Assembly (NCBI GenBank): GCA_963829055.1
Contig: CAWHHI010000016.1
Location: 32,001-96,000 of the forward strand
From: an uncultured Gemmatimonadaceae bacterium
GTDB lineage: Bacteria > Gemmatimonadota > Gemmatimonadetes > Gemmatimonadales > Gemmatimonadaceae
Direction: 5' to 3'
DNA: 64,000 bases
Shown: one piece after another, positions 53,907 to 64,000 of the stretch
Position numbering within the stretch: the stretch's first letter is position 1
How the letters are laid out: each line of letters opens with the position of its first letter
Program-made: the position numbers and the translations under genes
Notes under the pieces: model-generated
Databases searched by the model: none
What the model saw: the letters and a program-made list of their open reading frames with translations, nothing else
What the model was told of the DNA's origin: nothing

Positions 53907-55094
53907 GTGACCATGCTCGACAACAATGTCCTCGTCGGCGTGATCGGGGCGGGGGCGATGGGCAGTGGCATCGCGCAGGTCGCGGCTGTTGCGGGCCATC
54001 GTGTCGTAATCGCTGATGCCGATAGCAACGCCGTGGGCCGAGCGCGCGCAGGAATGGCGAAAGCGCTCGCTCGTGATGTCGAGAAGGGGCGACTGCCTGC
54101 GGGCGCGGACGCGAGTATCCTCGAACGCGTGACGTTCGTGGAGGGCGTGAGCGATCTGTCCGCGTTCGCCGACTGCGGCATCGTGATCGAAGCGATCGTC
54201 GAACGGCTGGACGCGAAGCGCGCGCTGTTCGCGTCGCTCGAGGCCGTCGTGAGAGACGATTGCGTGCTCGCGACGAACACGTCATCGCTCGCGATCGCCG
54301 CGATCGCTGGCGGATGCAAGCGACCGGAACGCGTGCTCGGCGTGCACTTCTTCAATCCGGCGCCGGTGATGCCGCTCGTCGAGATCGTGCCGTCGCTCGC
54401 GACGTCTCCCGACATTACGCGAGCCACGCGCGCGCTCGTCGATTCGTGGAAGAAGACAACTGTGCTCGCGAGCGACACGCCGGGCTTCATCGTGAACCGC
54501 GTCGCGCGGCCGTTCTACGGTGAGTCCATCCGGATGTTCGAGGAAGGCGTCGCCGACGTCGCGACGATCGATTGGGCGATGAAGACGATCGGCGGCTTCA
54601 GGATGGGCCCGTTCGAGCTGATGGATTTCATTGGGCACGACGTGAACTTCGTCGTGACGCGCAGTGTATTCGAAGGACTGTCGTTCGATCCGCGGTATCG
54701 TCCGTCAGTCACGCAGCAGCGGCTGGTGGACGCCGGTTGGCTGGGGCGGAAGAGTGGCCGGGGATTTTACGACTACCGCGACGGTGCCACGCCGCCGAGC
54801 CCGAGCGAGGATCGCGCGCTTGGCGAGCGGATCGTCGATCGGACGCTCGCGATGCTGGTCAACGAAGCGGTGGACGCGGTGCTGATGCGCGTCGCATCGC
54901 CAGCGGATATCGATCTCGCGATGACAAAAGGGGTGAACTACCCGAAGGGCCTCATCGCGTGGGGCGAGGAGATCGGCTTCGAAGTGATTCTCGACCGACT
55001 CGACGGTTTGCACTCCGAGTACGGCGAGGATCGCTATCGGCCGAGCGCGCTCCTGCGACGTTGGGTCCGCGATGGCAAGGGTTCGCTCGCATGA
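53907..55094 (+). CDS. paaH: 3-hydroxyacyl-CoA (3-hydroxyadipyl-CoA) dehydrogenase
   Basis: GAGAMGSGIA, EAIVE, ATNTSSL, HFFNPAP, PGFIVNR, MGPFELMD. Confidence 0.92.
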   Translation: MTMLDNNVLVGVIGAGAMGSGIAQVAAVAGHRVVIADADSNAVGRARAGMAKALARDVEKGRLPAGADASILERVTFVEGVSDLSAFADCGIVIEAIVERLDAKRALFASLEAVVRDDCVLATNTSSLAIAAIAGGCKRPERVLGVHFFNPAPVMPLVEIVPSLATSPDITRATRALVDSWKKTTVLASDTPGFIVNRVARPFYGESIRMFEEGVADVATIDWAMKTIGGFRMGPFELMDFIGHDVNFVVTRSVFEGLSFDPRYRPSVTQQRLVDAGWLGRKSGRGFYDYRDGATPPSPSEDRALGERIVDRTLAMLVNEAVDAVLMRVASPADIDLAMTKGVNYPKGLIAWGEEIGFEVILDRLDGLHSEYGEDRYRPSALLRRWVRDGKGSLA

Positions 55095-55587
55095 CGCTCG
55101 GATCGGCTCCGAACGCCGGCGATTCCGCCGACGCAGGGCAGCGGGTGGCCGAGCGTGTGGTGGCGGAGATGTTGGAGCACGATGAATTCAGTCGCTGGCT
55201 CGGTGTCGAGGTGACGCACATCTCACCTAACGCGGCGACTCTGCGCATGACGGTGCGTCCCGAGATGGTGAACGGGTTCGGCGTGTGTCACGGCGGGATC
55301 GCGTTCTCGTTGGCGGATAGCGCACTGGCGTTCGCGTCGAACGCACACGGGCGACTCACGGTGAGCGTCGAGAACAGCATCCGGTACCCGGCGCCGATCA
55401 TGCCGGGCGACGTGTTGACGGCTTCGGCTGTCGAGGAACGGGCAGGCGGGCGTCTCGCGTTCCTGACGGTGACGGTCAGGAAGCAGAACGACGACGTCGT
55501 CGGCCTGTTCACGGGAACGGTGTATCGCACGAGTCGCGAGCACTTCCCGACGACGAGACCGACGGCGGTACAGAGGGACAACGTTAG
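55091..55587 (+). CDS. paaI: Phenylacetyl-CoA thioesterase (hotdog); stop probably TAG 55585-55587 after a 1-nt indel
   Basis: DEFSRWLG, MVNGFGVCHGGIAFSLADSALAFASN, GTVYRT. Confidence 0.9.
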
Positions 55588-55600
55588 GCGAAACGAAATC

Positions 55601-56820
55601 ATGACTGACGCATACATCGTAGACGGGCTTCGAACGGCGATTGGCAGCTTCGGCGGCTCACTGTCGGAGTCGCGACCGGATGACCTCGCGGCGCTGACGA
55701 TCCGCAGACTCCTCGAGCGTCACACGGCGCTCGATCCGGCACGGATCGCCGACGTCGTGCTCGGCTGCGCGAATCAGGCGGGCGAGGACAATCGCAACGT
55801 CGCGCGCATGGCGCTGCTGCTGGCGGGGCTGCCGGTGACCGTGCCGGGCGAGACCGTGAATCGGCTGTGCGCGTCGGGGATGACGGCGGTCGCGTCCGCG
55901 GCGCGTGCTGTTCGCAACGGCGACGGCGACTTCTACATCGCGGGTGGCGTCGAGAGCATGACGCGCGCGCCGTACGCGATGTCCAAGAGCGCGAAGCCGT
56001 TCGGGCGCGACGTGGAGATCTTCGATACGAGCATCGGGTGGCGGTTCGTGAATTCGAAGATGCGCGACATGTATGGCATCGACTCGATGGGACAGACGGC
56101 GGAGAACGTCGCCGAGCAGTTCCACGTGTCGCGCGGCGATCAGGATCTGTTCGCGTGTCGCTCGCAGCAGAAGGCGGCGACGGCGCGCGCGTCGGGGCGA
56201 TTCGGAGTCGAGATCACGCCAGTGGAGCTCGCGCCGGCGAAGAAGGGCGGTGCGCCGCGGCAGTTCGCGGAGGACGAGTTCGTGAGGCCCGATACGACGC
56301 TGGAGGTGCTGGCGAAGCTGCGCCCGGCGTTTCGGACGGACGGAAATGGCTCCGTGACGGCTGGGAACTCGTCGGGGATAAACGACGGTGCGTGTGCGCT
56401 CCTGATCGCGTCGGATGCCGGGGTGCAATCGCTCGGCGTAAAACCGCTCGCGCGCGTGGTGACGTCGGTGGCCGTCGGCGTCGAGCCTCGTATCATGGGT
56501 ATGGGCCCGGTGCCGGCAACGCGGGCCGCGCTCGCGCGTGCCGGCCTGACGCTCGACGACATGTCGCTGCTGGAGCTGAACGAGGCGTTCGCTGCGCAGA
56601 CGCTGGCCTGCCTGCGGGAGCTCGGCGTGGCCGATGATGATCCCAGGGTCAATCCGAATGGCGGCGCGATCGCGTTAGGCCACCCGCTCGGGATGTCCGG
56701 CGCGCGCCTGCTGCTCACGGCCGCGCACGACCTGCAGCGCACGGGCGGGCGTTATGCGCTGTGCACGATGTGCGTAGGCGTCGGTCAGGGGACGGCGACA
56801 ATCCTGGAACGCGCGTTTGA
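55601..56820 (+). CDS. paaJ: 3-oxoadipyl-CoA thiolase (PaaJ/PcaF); stop probably TGA 56818-56820 after an indel
   Basis: GCANQAGEDNRNVARM, NRLCASG, TAGNSSGINDG, NEAFA, GGAIALGHPLG, MCVGVGQG. Confidence 0.93.
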
Positions 56821-56821
56821 G

Positions 56822-57245
56822 ATCATCGCGCCGGGGTCGGTGGGAACTGCGATTGGGCGGATCTGTACTGCGAAACTACCGGATACGGCTTTGCATTCAG
56901 GCATCACGGCGCCGGGGTCGGTGGGAACTGCGATTTTGCGGATGACACGGAAAACGGCCGGATACCGCTTTGCATTGACACTGGCTCTCGCCGGACTCTG
57001 AACTAATAGGAACGGCCGCTCGGGACGCAGGAGTCTCCCGAGCGGCCGTCCCCAAAAATCCGGCCCGCTGCGCGAGGCGCCGTCCCGAGCGCGATCGATC
57101 CTGCTTCTTCCGCGTCATCCGCGCGATCGCAGTTCCATTGGCCGGGCGCGATGATGCGTGGATGCAAAGCAGGATCCGGCTGTTTTGCAGTTCATCCGCA
57201 AAATCGTAGTTCTCACCGGCCCCGGCGCGACGATGCCTGGGATGC
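56822..57245. repeat. Four gene-less copies of the GxxExxY-flanking repeat (two direct, two inverted) around a hairpin
   Basis: Copies at ~56828-56897, 56909-56976, 57097-57156 (inverted), 57162-57238 (inverted); hairpin 57012-57049. Confidence 0.88.
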
Positions 57246-57254
57246 GAGCAACGG

Positions 57255-58790
57255 CTACCGCGCAGATCGCGGTTCCCAGAGAGAAATCTCCCCATCCCCG
57301 ACCGTAGCCGGCAGCGTCTCGACCTTCGTCCATCCAGTCTCGACGCGCTTCCACAATTCCGGCGACTCCACCTTGAACGCGCGCTCGAGGGTCGTCGCCA
57401 GCATCACGCGCCGATCCGCGAGCATCGTTGTGAGAGAGTCGAAGCCGGCCACCGTGCGCGTCGAATAGAATCGCCCCTTGCCCGCGAGGCCCAAGACGCC
57501 GCGTATAGAGATCGAAGCCGCGGTCCGCCTGGTACACCGCGACGAGCGCATCGCCCGGGCCTGACCGCGCGTTGAACGACGCGATCGTCGCCCGGAATGA
57601 TTGCTTCGGCACCGCGTAGTATCGCGGCAAGCCGAAGCCTAACGCGATCGCGCACACCAGGACAGCCGCCGCCGAGAGCGCCCCGTGAATCTGCGCGCGT
57701 CGTACGCCATCCGCGACGAGCTTCGACAGGAGCCGCGCTACGAGGTCGAGGCTCTCCACTGCGACGAGGAACGCCAGCGGCACGACCAGAATGAAGAAGC
57801 GCGGCGACGTGAGCCAACCCGCCACGACGACGAGCACGGCCATCATGCCTAACGGCAGCACGAACGATAGCACGATGAGCCAGCCGCGCCGCATGAGGCT
57901 CAGTGTCCCGATGGCCACGAGGACGAGGAATGGAACCGCCCCCACGAGCGCGAGCGACCCGAATCCCGCGGCGAGTCCGCGCAGCGTCTCCTTCAGGAAG
58001 TCCAGCGAAACGGGATTGAATCCCGTGCCCTGTCGCGTGTACGCCGTTCCCACGACGCGCAGCAGCTCGATCGCGGTGGGCCCGTAGATCACGAGCGACG
58101 CGACCGCCGTGGCGCCGAACGCCAGCGCCAGACGCCGAACGAGCGGCGCGACCGGCTCGGCACGTCGGCGCCGTACGATCACGAGCGCCGTCGCGAGCAA
58201 CACGTGCGTGATGATCACGAACGCGGTAATGATGAGCGACGTCAGCCCAAGCACCGCGAACACGGCGTACAGCGCGACCCACCTGCGCTGTGGCGTCGCG
58301 ATCAGTCGCCACAGGGCTCCGGTCGCGAGCACACAAAACAGCAGATAGGCCGAGTACCCGCGCGCGTTCTGCGAGAACCAGATGTGGTGATAGCTGACGG
58401 CCGTGAGGAACGCGACCGCCAGCGCCTGCCAACCCTTCATGATCGGCCGCGCGAGCCAGTACAGCGCTGGCACGGTGGCGATCCCGAACAGGACCGCCGG
58501 CAAGCGAATCGACCAGTCATGCTCGCCGAGCGCCGCCACGCTGACGCGCATGAGCAGCGAGTTCATGAGGTGCTGGTTCGGACTCGAGAACGTCCGCAGC
58601 AGCTCGCCGACCGTCACCGAGGTCGCGTACTGAAACGACCCGATCTCGTCGATCCACAGGTCGGAGTCGAGCCGGTAGATGCGCAGTGCCGCGGCGAGCA
58701 GCGTGATCAGGGCCAGAACGACGTACTCTCGAGTAACAGCCTCGCGCGCGCGACTGCGTCTCCGGCGAAAGCTCAGTCGCTATGCGCCAC
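57255..58790 (-). CDS. GT-C membrane glycosyltransferase (family 39/ArnT-like); frameshift near 57505, start uncertain
   Basis: LRIYRLDSDLWIDE, IRLPAVLFG, HIWFSQNARGYS; more than 10 hydrophobic helices. Confidence 0.85.
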
Positions 58791-58880
58791 CTCGGCGTGG
58801 CGCTCGAGGCGCGGTAATATCCTGCGCGATACCATGCGCACGCCAACGAGGCGCGGCGAAGAAACCGAGGAGCGACATCC

Positions 58881-59480
58881 GTGGCAATCTACGAGTTCGA
58901 TGGATACCGGCCAGTCGTACATGAGTCCGCGTTCGTGCACCCGCTCGCCGCCGTGACCGGAAACGTCGTCATCGGCCGTGATGTGTACGTCGGTCCCGGC
59001 GCGGCCATTCGCGCGGACTGGGGCGAGATCCTCATCGCGGATGGCTGCAACGTGCAGGAGTGCTGCGTGATTCACGTGTTCCCGGGCGCGACGGTCACGC
59101 TCGACGAGAGCGCGCACATTGGCCACGGCGCGGTCATCCACGGCGCGAACATCGGCCGGAACACGCTCGTGGGAATGAGCTCCGTCGTGATGGACCGGGC
59201 GCGCATCGGGGCCGAGTGCGTCATCGGTGCGATGTCGTTCGTACGCGCTGACATGGTGGTGGCCGACCGGAAGGTCGTGGTTGGAAATCCGGCCCGCGTG
59301 GTGAAGGACGTGACGGACGAAATGCTCGCGTGGAAGACCGAGGGGACGCGCCTGTACCAACGTCTGCCGTCGGACATGCGCGCGACGTGGCGTGAATGCG
59401 AGCCCTTGCGCGAGGCGCCAGCCGATCGCCCGCGACAGAGCGTGACGTACCGGACATGGCAGGAAACGCGGGGCAGCTGA
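58881..59480 (+). CDS. paaY: Hexapeptide-repeat (gamma-carbonic-anhydrase-like) protein PaaY
   Basis: MAIYEFDGYRPVVHESAFVHP, HIGHGAVIHGA, WKTEGTRLYQ, CEPL; upstream of paaZ. Confidence 0.9.
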   Translation: MAIYEFDGYRPVVHESAFVHPLAAVTGNVVIGRDVYVGPGAAIRADWGEILIADGCNVQECCVIHVFPGATVTLDESAHIGHGAVIHGANIGRNTLVGMSSVVMDRARIGAECVIGAMSFVRADMVVADRKVVVGNPARVVKDVTDEMLAWKTEGTRLYQRLPSDMRATWRECEPLREAPADRPRQSVTYRTWQETRGS

Positions 59481-59532
59481 GCGCCGCTCGACAACTTGCC
59501 GGCCTCGATGACGACCGGCGATCCTTCATGGT

Positions 59533-61698
59533 ATGACACAGGACATCAAGCGACTCCAGAATTTCGCGCGCGGCGAATGGGTGCTCGGCACCGGCGCCGC
59601 GACGCCGCTCGTGCACGCCGTTACCGGTGAGACTGTGGCCGAGGCGACGTCGGAAGGGCTCGACTTCGCGGGAATGGCCGAGTATGCGCGCACCGTCGGC
59701 GGGCCGGCGCTCAGGAAGATGACGTTCCATCAGCGCGCGCTCATGCTCAAGGAGATGGCGAAGTACCTGAGCGAGCGTAAAGACGGCTTGTATCAGCTGT
59801 CAGCGGCGACTGGCGCGACGAAAGCGGATTCGTGGATCGACATCGACGGCGGCATTGGCACGTTCTTCGTCTACGCCAGCAAGGGCCGCCGCGAGTTTCC
59901 TAACGAGACGTTCTACGTCGACGGCGCGATGGAGTCGCTGTCGAAGGGCGGGACGTTCGTCGGCCGGCACATCTGCGTGCCGCTCGAGGGCGTCGCCGTC
60001 CACATCAACGCGTTCAACTTCCCCGTGTGGGGGATGCTCGAGAAGCTCGCGGCGACGCTGCTCGCCGGCGTGCCCGCGATCGTGAAGCCGGCGACGGTCA
60101 CGTCGTATCTCACCGAGGCGTGTTTCCGCTTGATGATCGAGTCGGGAATCTTCCCGAAGGGTGCGATCCAGCTCATCTGCGGCAGCGCCGGCGATCTTCT
60201 CGATCACCTCGGGCTTCAGGACGCAGTTGCGTTCACGGGCTCGGCCGCGACGGGACGGAAGCTCAAGGACACGCGGTCGATCGTCGAGAACACGGTGCGC
60301 TTCAATCAGGAAGCGGACTCGCTCAACTGCTCGATCCTCGGGCCAGACGCCGTTCCGGGCACCGACGAATTCGATCTGTTCGTGAAGGAAGTCGTGCGCG
60401 AGATGACGTCGAAGGCCGGCCAGAAGTGTACGGCCATCCGGCGGACGATCGTGCCTAACGGGATGATGGACGACGTCATCGCCGCACTGCGAAAGCGACT
60501 GAGCGCGGTGCAGGTCGGTGACCCGTCGGTCGATGGCGTCAAGATGGGGCCACTCGCGAGCCGCACGCAGGTGCGCGATGTCGGCAGCGCGACGGACACG
60601 ATCCGGCACGGCGCCGAGCTGGTGTTCGGCGGGCGCGACACGATGAACGTCGTCGGCGCGGACCCTGAGCGCGGCGCGTTCTTCCCGATCACGCTGCTGG
60701 CGACGGACAAGCCGTTCACGAATCGCGAGCCGCACGACGTCGAGGCGTTCGGCCCGGTGAATACGGTGATGCCGTACTCGTCGGTCGATGAGGCGGTCGA
60801 GTTGGCGAAGCTCGGCAAGGGAAGTCTCGTCGGCTCGTTGTTCACCGCCGACGCGTCAGTCGCGCGGAAAGTCGTGCTTGGCGTCGCGCCGTATCACGGC
60901 CGAGTGATGGTCGTGGACCGCACGAGCGCGAAGGAGTCGACGGGGCATGGATCACCGATGCCGCACTTGGTTCACGGCGGTCCGGGACGCGCGGGTGGCG
61001 GCGAGGAGATGGGCGGTGTGCGCGGCGTGCTGCACTACATGCAGCGGACGGCCGTGCAGGGTTCGCCGTCGATGCTGACGCAGGTGATGCACGAGTGGAT
61101 GCCGGGCGCCGCGCGTCCGACGGATCGCATTCACCCGTTCCGCAAGCACTTCGAGGAGCTCGAGATCGGCGACACGCTGGTGACGCATCGGCGCACGGTG
61201 ACCGAGGCGGACATCGTGAACTTCGCGGGGATCAGCGGCGACTACTTCTACGCGCACATGGATGACATCGCGGCGCGTGAGTCGTTCTTCGAGCGTCGCG
61301 TGGCGCACGGGTACTTCGTGCTCTCGGCGGCGGCGGGTCTGTTCGTCGACCCGGCGCCGGGTCCGGTGCTCGCGAACTACGGGCTCGAGTCGCTGCGGTT
61401 CACGAAGCCGGTGTACATCGGCGACACGATCCAGGCGAAGCTGACGTGTAAGCAGAAGACGGCGAAGGAGACGCCGCCGGGTGGTGTGCCGCAGGGTGTG
61501 GTCGCGTGGGACGTGGAGGTGACGAACCAGGCGAACGAGACGGTCGCGGTCTACACGATCCTGACGCTCGTTAGGCGACTGGCTCCGGCGCCGTCGTCCG
61601 AGAACGGGAAGGGCAATGGCGCCGTCGCGGCGCCGACCGACGCCACGCTCGCCGAGGAGTCGAAGGACCCAGGCCCGCGTGCGGCGAAGGTCGGCTGA
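59533..61698 (+). CDS. paaZ: Bifunctional oxepin-CoA hydrolase / aldehyde dehydrogenase
   Basis: [41 protein letters not shown]-terminal MaoC domain with VAHGYF. Confidence 0.97.
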   Translation: MTQDIKRLQNFARGEWVLGTGAATPLVHAVTGETVAEATSEGLDFAGMAEYARTVGGPALRKMTFHQRALMLKEMAKYLSERKDGLYQLSAATGATKADSWIDIDGGIGTFFVYASKGRREFPNETFYVDGAMESLSKGGTFVGRHICVPLEGVAVHINAFNFPVWGMLEKLAATLLAGVPAIVKPATVTSYLTEACFRLMIESGIFPKGAIQLICGSAGDLLDHLGLQDAVAFTGSAATGRKLKDTRSIVENTVRFNQEADSLNCSILGPDAVPGTDEFDLFVKEVVREMTSKAGQKCTAIRRTIVPNGMMDDVIAALRKRLSAVQVGDPSVDGVKMGPLASRTQVRDVGSATDTIRHGAELVFGGRDTMNVVGADPERGAFFPITLLATDKPFTNREPHDVEAFGPVNTVMPYSSVDEAVELAKLGKGSLVGSLFTADASVARKVVLGVAPYHGRVMVVDRTSAKESTGHGSPMPHLVHGGPGRAGGGEEMGGVRGVLHYMQRTAVQGSPSMLTQVMHEWMPGAARPTDRIHPFRKHFEELEIGDTLVTHRRTVTEADIVNFAGISGDYFYAHMDDIAARESFFERRVAHGYFVLSAAAGLFVDPAPGPVLANYGLESLRFTKPVYIGDTIQAKLTCKQKTAKETPPGGVPQGVVAWDVEVTNQANETVAVYTILTLVRRLAPAPSSENGKGNGAVAAPTDATLAEESKDPGPRAAKVG

Positions 61699-61713
61699 CG
61701 TACGCGGCGGGAC

Positions 61714-62386
61714 CTAACGCTCGCGGATAACTCCAAAGGTCTGGACCACGAGATCGGCACCGTTACGCCGGCCGACGATCCAGACCTTGCTCCCCGTTTG
61801 CGCGGTCAGATCGGCGGACACGCTCGTGAGCCTCACCGTGTCGCGCTCCGTGGCGAGCCACTGAGCGCCGGCTCGGTCGAGCAGCGTGCCGACGAGCGGT
61901 TTCGCGCCGTCGATCGAGATGATCTCGTAGCGGGTCACGGTGAACGCCCCCGGTGGCGAAGACGCCGGCGCGCCGGCCACCGACACCGTCGCACTGCTGA
62001 GCCGACGCAACTCGGGCTCGAGTGGCCCGATCAGAATCGCTGGCTTCGCACCGTCGATCGCGAGCGATGTCATCGGATCCGACGCGAGTCCACCGGCCGT
62101 CACCTTTCCCATCAGCACGGTCTCGGAGGGTGTTGCGGTGGGCGACTGAAGCCGGGGCTGGCGTTGCGGCAGCTGGACTCCTGGTCGGCTGATTGGAACC
62201 AGGGGCTTCCTTCGTCGATGCGACCGGCTCCGCTGCCGGCGGCGTCACGTTTGCCGGTCCCTTTACGTCGGCGGAGTCCAGCGCGACAACGGTGGTCGAG
62301 TCGCCGGCCCTGGCGGAAGACCGCGCGCATCCGTTGCCTAACGGCGCGAGCACGAGCGGTACCACCAGGGCCCACAGCAAAGTCAT
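61714..62386 (-). CDS. Hypothetical lipoprotein; frameshift near 62120
   Basis: Signal peptide ending LGNGC, Pro/Ala linker, beta-rich domain in ORF 61714..62118. Confidence 0.65.
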
Positions 62387-64000
62387 TGCGTCCTCACGAC
62401 CCAGAGGCGCATCACGCTGGGGAGCGTGCCGTCACTCAAGTCGCGCATGCGGATACCCGTCGCCGGTCGACCAGCACCGGACACGAGGAAGTACGCCGTC
62501 GAACCACCGCGCACCGCGATCTGGTCGCTGAACGCCCCGAACGGGCGGTCGCGCGGCAGCAGATGTGTTACCGGGATAAGCCCAGCCTCGATGTTGGTCA
62601 GATTCCAGCTCGTGAACGTGAGCTTTGGGTCGATGCCCGGGACGCGGTCGTCCACGTACAGAGCCGCCGCCCAGCGGGCGAGCAGCACGTCGATTGGTGT
62701 TCCCGTGACGTCCGACAGCGTGGCATACCCGGTGAACGCGTTGTCGATGAGCTTCCGGTGAAGGCCTTTCTCGCCGCCCGGGAAGGTCGGTCCGTACTGA
62801 TCCGAGATCCAGCGCAGGAGCGTGTACGGCACACCATACACGTCGCGGCCGCCGACGCACGGGCCGGAGTTGCCCGAGGAGGACGGCTGCGCCAGCCAGC
62901 TGCACTGTTCCGGCGCGTTACGCACGCGCGTCGTCAATGTCTGGACGCCATAGTAGTACAGGAGGTCGATCCAGCCGTCCTTGAACCAGTCGATGGGCGT
63001 CAGCTTCGGGTCGTTCCACATCACGGCGAATCCCAGGTTCTGTCCCGGAGAGCGCCCGGTCGCCTGAAACCCGTTCACCTCCTCGGCAAACGTCGCCTGG
63101 CCCTCGATCTCCCACTGCGACTGGAAGTCCGTGGCCGCCTCGTACGTGCCTCGGCGTCCGATCTGGATCACGTGTGTGAACTCGTGCGCGATGATGATCG
63201 GCGCGTCGAGCAGCGCGTTCGCGACGGTGTAAGCGCTCCCCACACTGGCATTGGGGTCAGGCGCGCGGCCGTAGAAGTACTCGCCCTCGTTGCTCGCCGG
63301 GCACTCATCCCGCGACGCGAGGTCGGCGAAGATGACCTGGCCGAGGATCGTTGGCGTGACCTTGTTGACCTCTCTCGTGATCACGATGACGACGCGCGTA
63401 TTCTCGTCGAAGTCGGTGGGATCGCCGAAGTAGCCCACGTCAACGGCGTAGATCTCGTTGTCGAAGCGGGCACTGAGCGTCTGATAATCCGCGGCGCTGA
63501 AGCCGCCGGCGGGATTTGCGTTGTCCTCGACGAAAATGCCGTGTTGACCGACCGCCTTCACGGTCACGGTGATCGGCGTCGAGAGCACGCACGTGTTGGG
63601 ACGCGTCGGCACCTTCATGTTGATCACGTCGCCGACCTTCGCAGTCGCGGGCACCGTCGGCGCTTGCGAGGCGGACGCGCGTGAGGCTGCCGCCCGTGCG
63701 CTCCGCGTAGCCAGCTTGGCACGCCCGCTCGCGAATCGTGCCACGAGGTCGGCCCGATCCTGTGCGAGGAACGCCGCATGCGCTGCGCGATGCTGTGCCA
63801 TTCGATCGTTTCGCGCCGCGAGCGGATCGATGAGGGGTGCGCTGAACACTGGCGCCGTCGCGATGCTCACTTGCGATACGATCGCACCCGTCGGCGCCTC
63901 GCCCGTCACGACGGCCGGGGTCAGGCTGGCCGCACTCTGGGACACCGACTGGAGACCAATCAGGTAGGTCTCCGCCGTGCTGGTCGCGGGGAACTGCAGG
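62383..64000 (-). CDS. Putative secreted zinc metallopeptidase (HExxH); 5' end outside the window
   Basis: IIAHEFTHVIQ followed by WEIEGQATFAEE; FGDPTDFDEN, SNEGEYFY; frame open to the window edge. Confidence 0.75.
   Translation of the reverse strand, partial: LQFPATSTAETYLIGLQSVSQSAASLTPAVVTGEAPTGAIVSQVSIATAPVFSAPLIDPLAARNDRMAQHRAAHAAFLAQDRADLVARFASGRAKLATRSARAAASRASASQAPTVPATAKVGDVINMKVPTRPNTCVLSTPITVTVKAVGQHGIFVEDNANPAGGFSAADYQTLSARFDNEIYAVDVGYFGDPTDFDENTRVVIVITREVNKVTPTILGQVIFADLASRDECPASNEGEYFYGRAPDPNASVGSAYTVANALLDAPIIIAHEFTHVIQIGRRGTYEAATDFQSQWEIEGQATFAEEVNGFQATGRSPGQNLGFAVMWNDPKLTPIDWFKDGWIDLLYYYGVQTLTTRVRNAPEQCSWLAQPSSSGNSGPCVGGRDVYGVPYTLLRWISDQYGPTFPGGEKGLHRKLIDNAFTGYATLSDVTGTPIDVLLARWAAALYVDDRVPGIDPKLTFTSWNLTNIEAGLIPVTHLLPRDRPFGAFSDQIAVRGGSTAYFLVSGAGRPATGIRMRDLSDGTLPSVMRLWVVRTQ

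Noticed and set aside
54572..57001. 809-aa ORF suggesting a PaaI-PaaJ fusion with a C-terminal extension
   Set aside because: One indel near 55548 gives PaaI a normal end (FPDDETDGGTEGQR*, TAG 55585) just before the paaJ ATG, and an indel near 56812 gives ERV* (TGA 56818). The extension is translated repeat DNA, and indels are common in this assembly.
56822..57245. Possible CRISPR array
   Set aside because: Units are ~60-80 bp, degenerate and in both orientations, with no unique spacers and no cas genes
225..62342. TTAGG read as telomeric repeat or eukaryotic contamination
   Set aside because: Copies are isolated, never tandem, and embedded in-frame in bacterial genes
61798..63684. Long antisense and alternate-frame ORFs (also 26973..28547, 2523..3743, 53113..54285)
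   Set aside because: Arg/Ala-rich shadows of real genes, expected in high-GC DNA

Overview
High-GC bacterial chromosome segment of about 50 genes. The gene repertoire (duplicated MacB/FtsX-type permease, Ig-like lipoproteins, M14/M28/S10 peptidases, Ser/Thr kinase, HEAT-cyclophilin) suggests Gemmatimonadota; this is an inference. Many genes are split by single-base indels, most likely long-read assembly errors, so split genes are reported as reconstructed CDSs with approximate ends. Content in order: peptidase cassette; MocR regulator plus PLP decarboxylase; dps, LysM and Ig lipoproteins; an MmgE/PrpD + acyl-CoA dehydrogenase + CoA-transferase + MaoC operon resembling itaconate/methylsuccinate catabolism; thrABC; and a large aromatic-amino-acid catabolic region (acetoacetate-CoA ligase, hppD, hmgA, paaABCD, fused 2-oxoacid dehydrogenase E1, paaGHIJ, paaY, paaZ). 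Three structures are not explained by these genes. (1) A GxxExxY (PD-(D/E)XK-like) gene is bracketed by 55-bp inverted repeats, and four gene-less copies of that repeat sit 9 kb away, suggesting a nuclease-associated repeat or mobile system. (2) The motif GCCTAAC/GTTAGGC is strongly over-represented (about 46 copies by hand count), mostly inside genes. (3) Several other palindromic repeat families occur; some supply stop codons and one lies inside a gene. No rRNA, tRNA or CRISPR array was seen.
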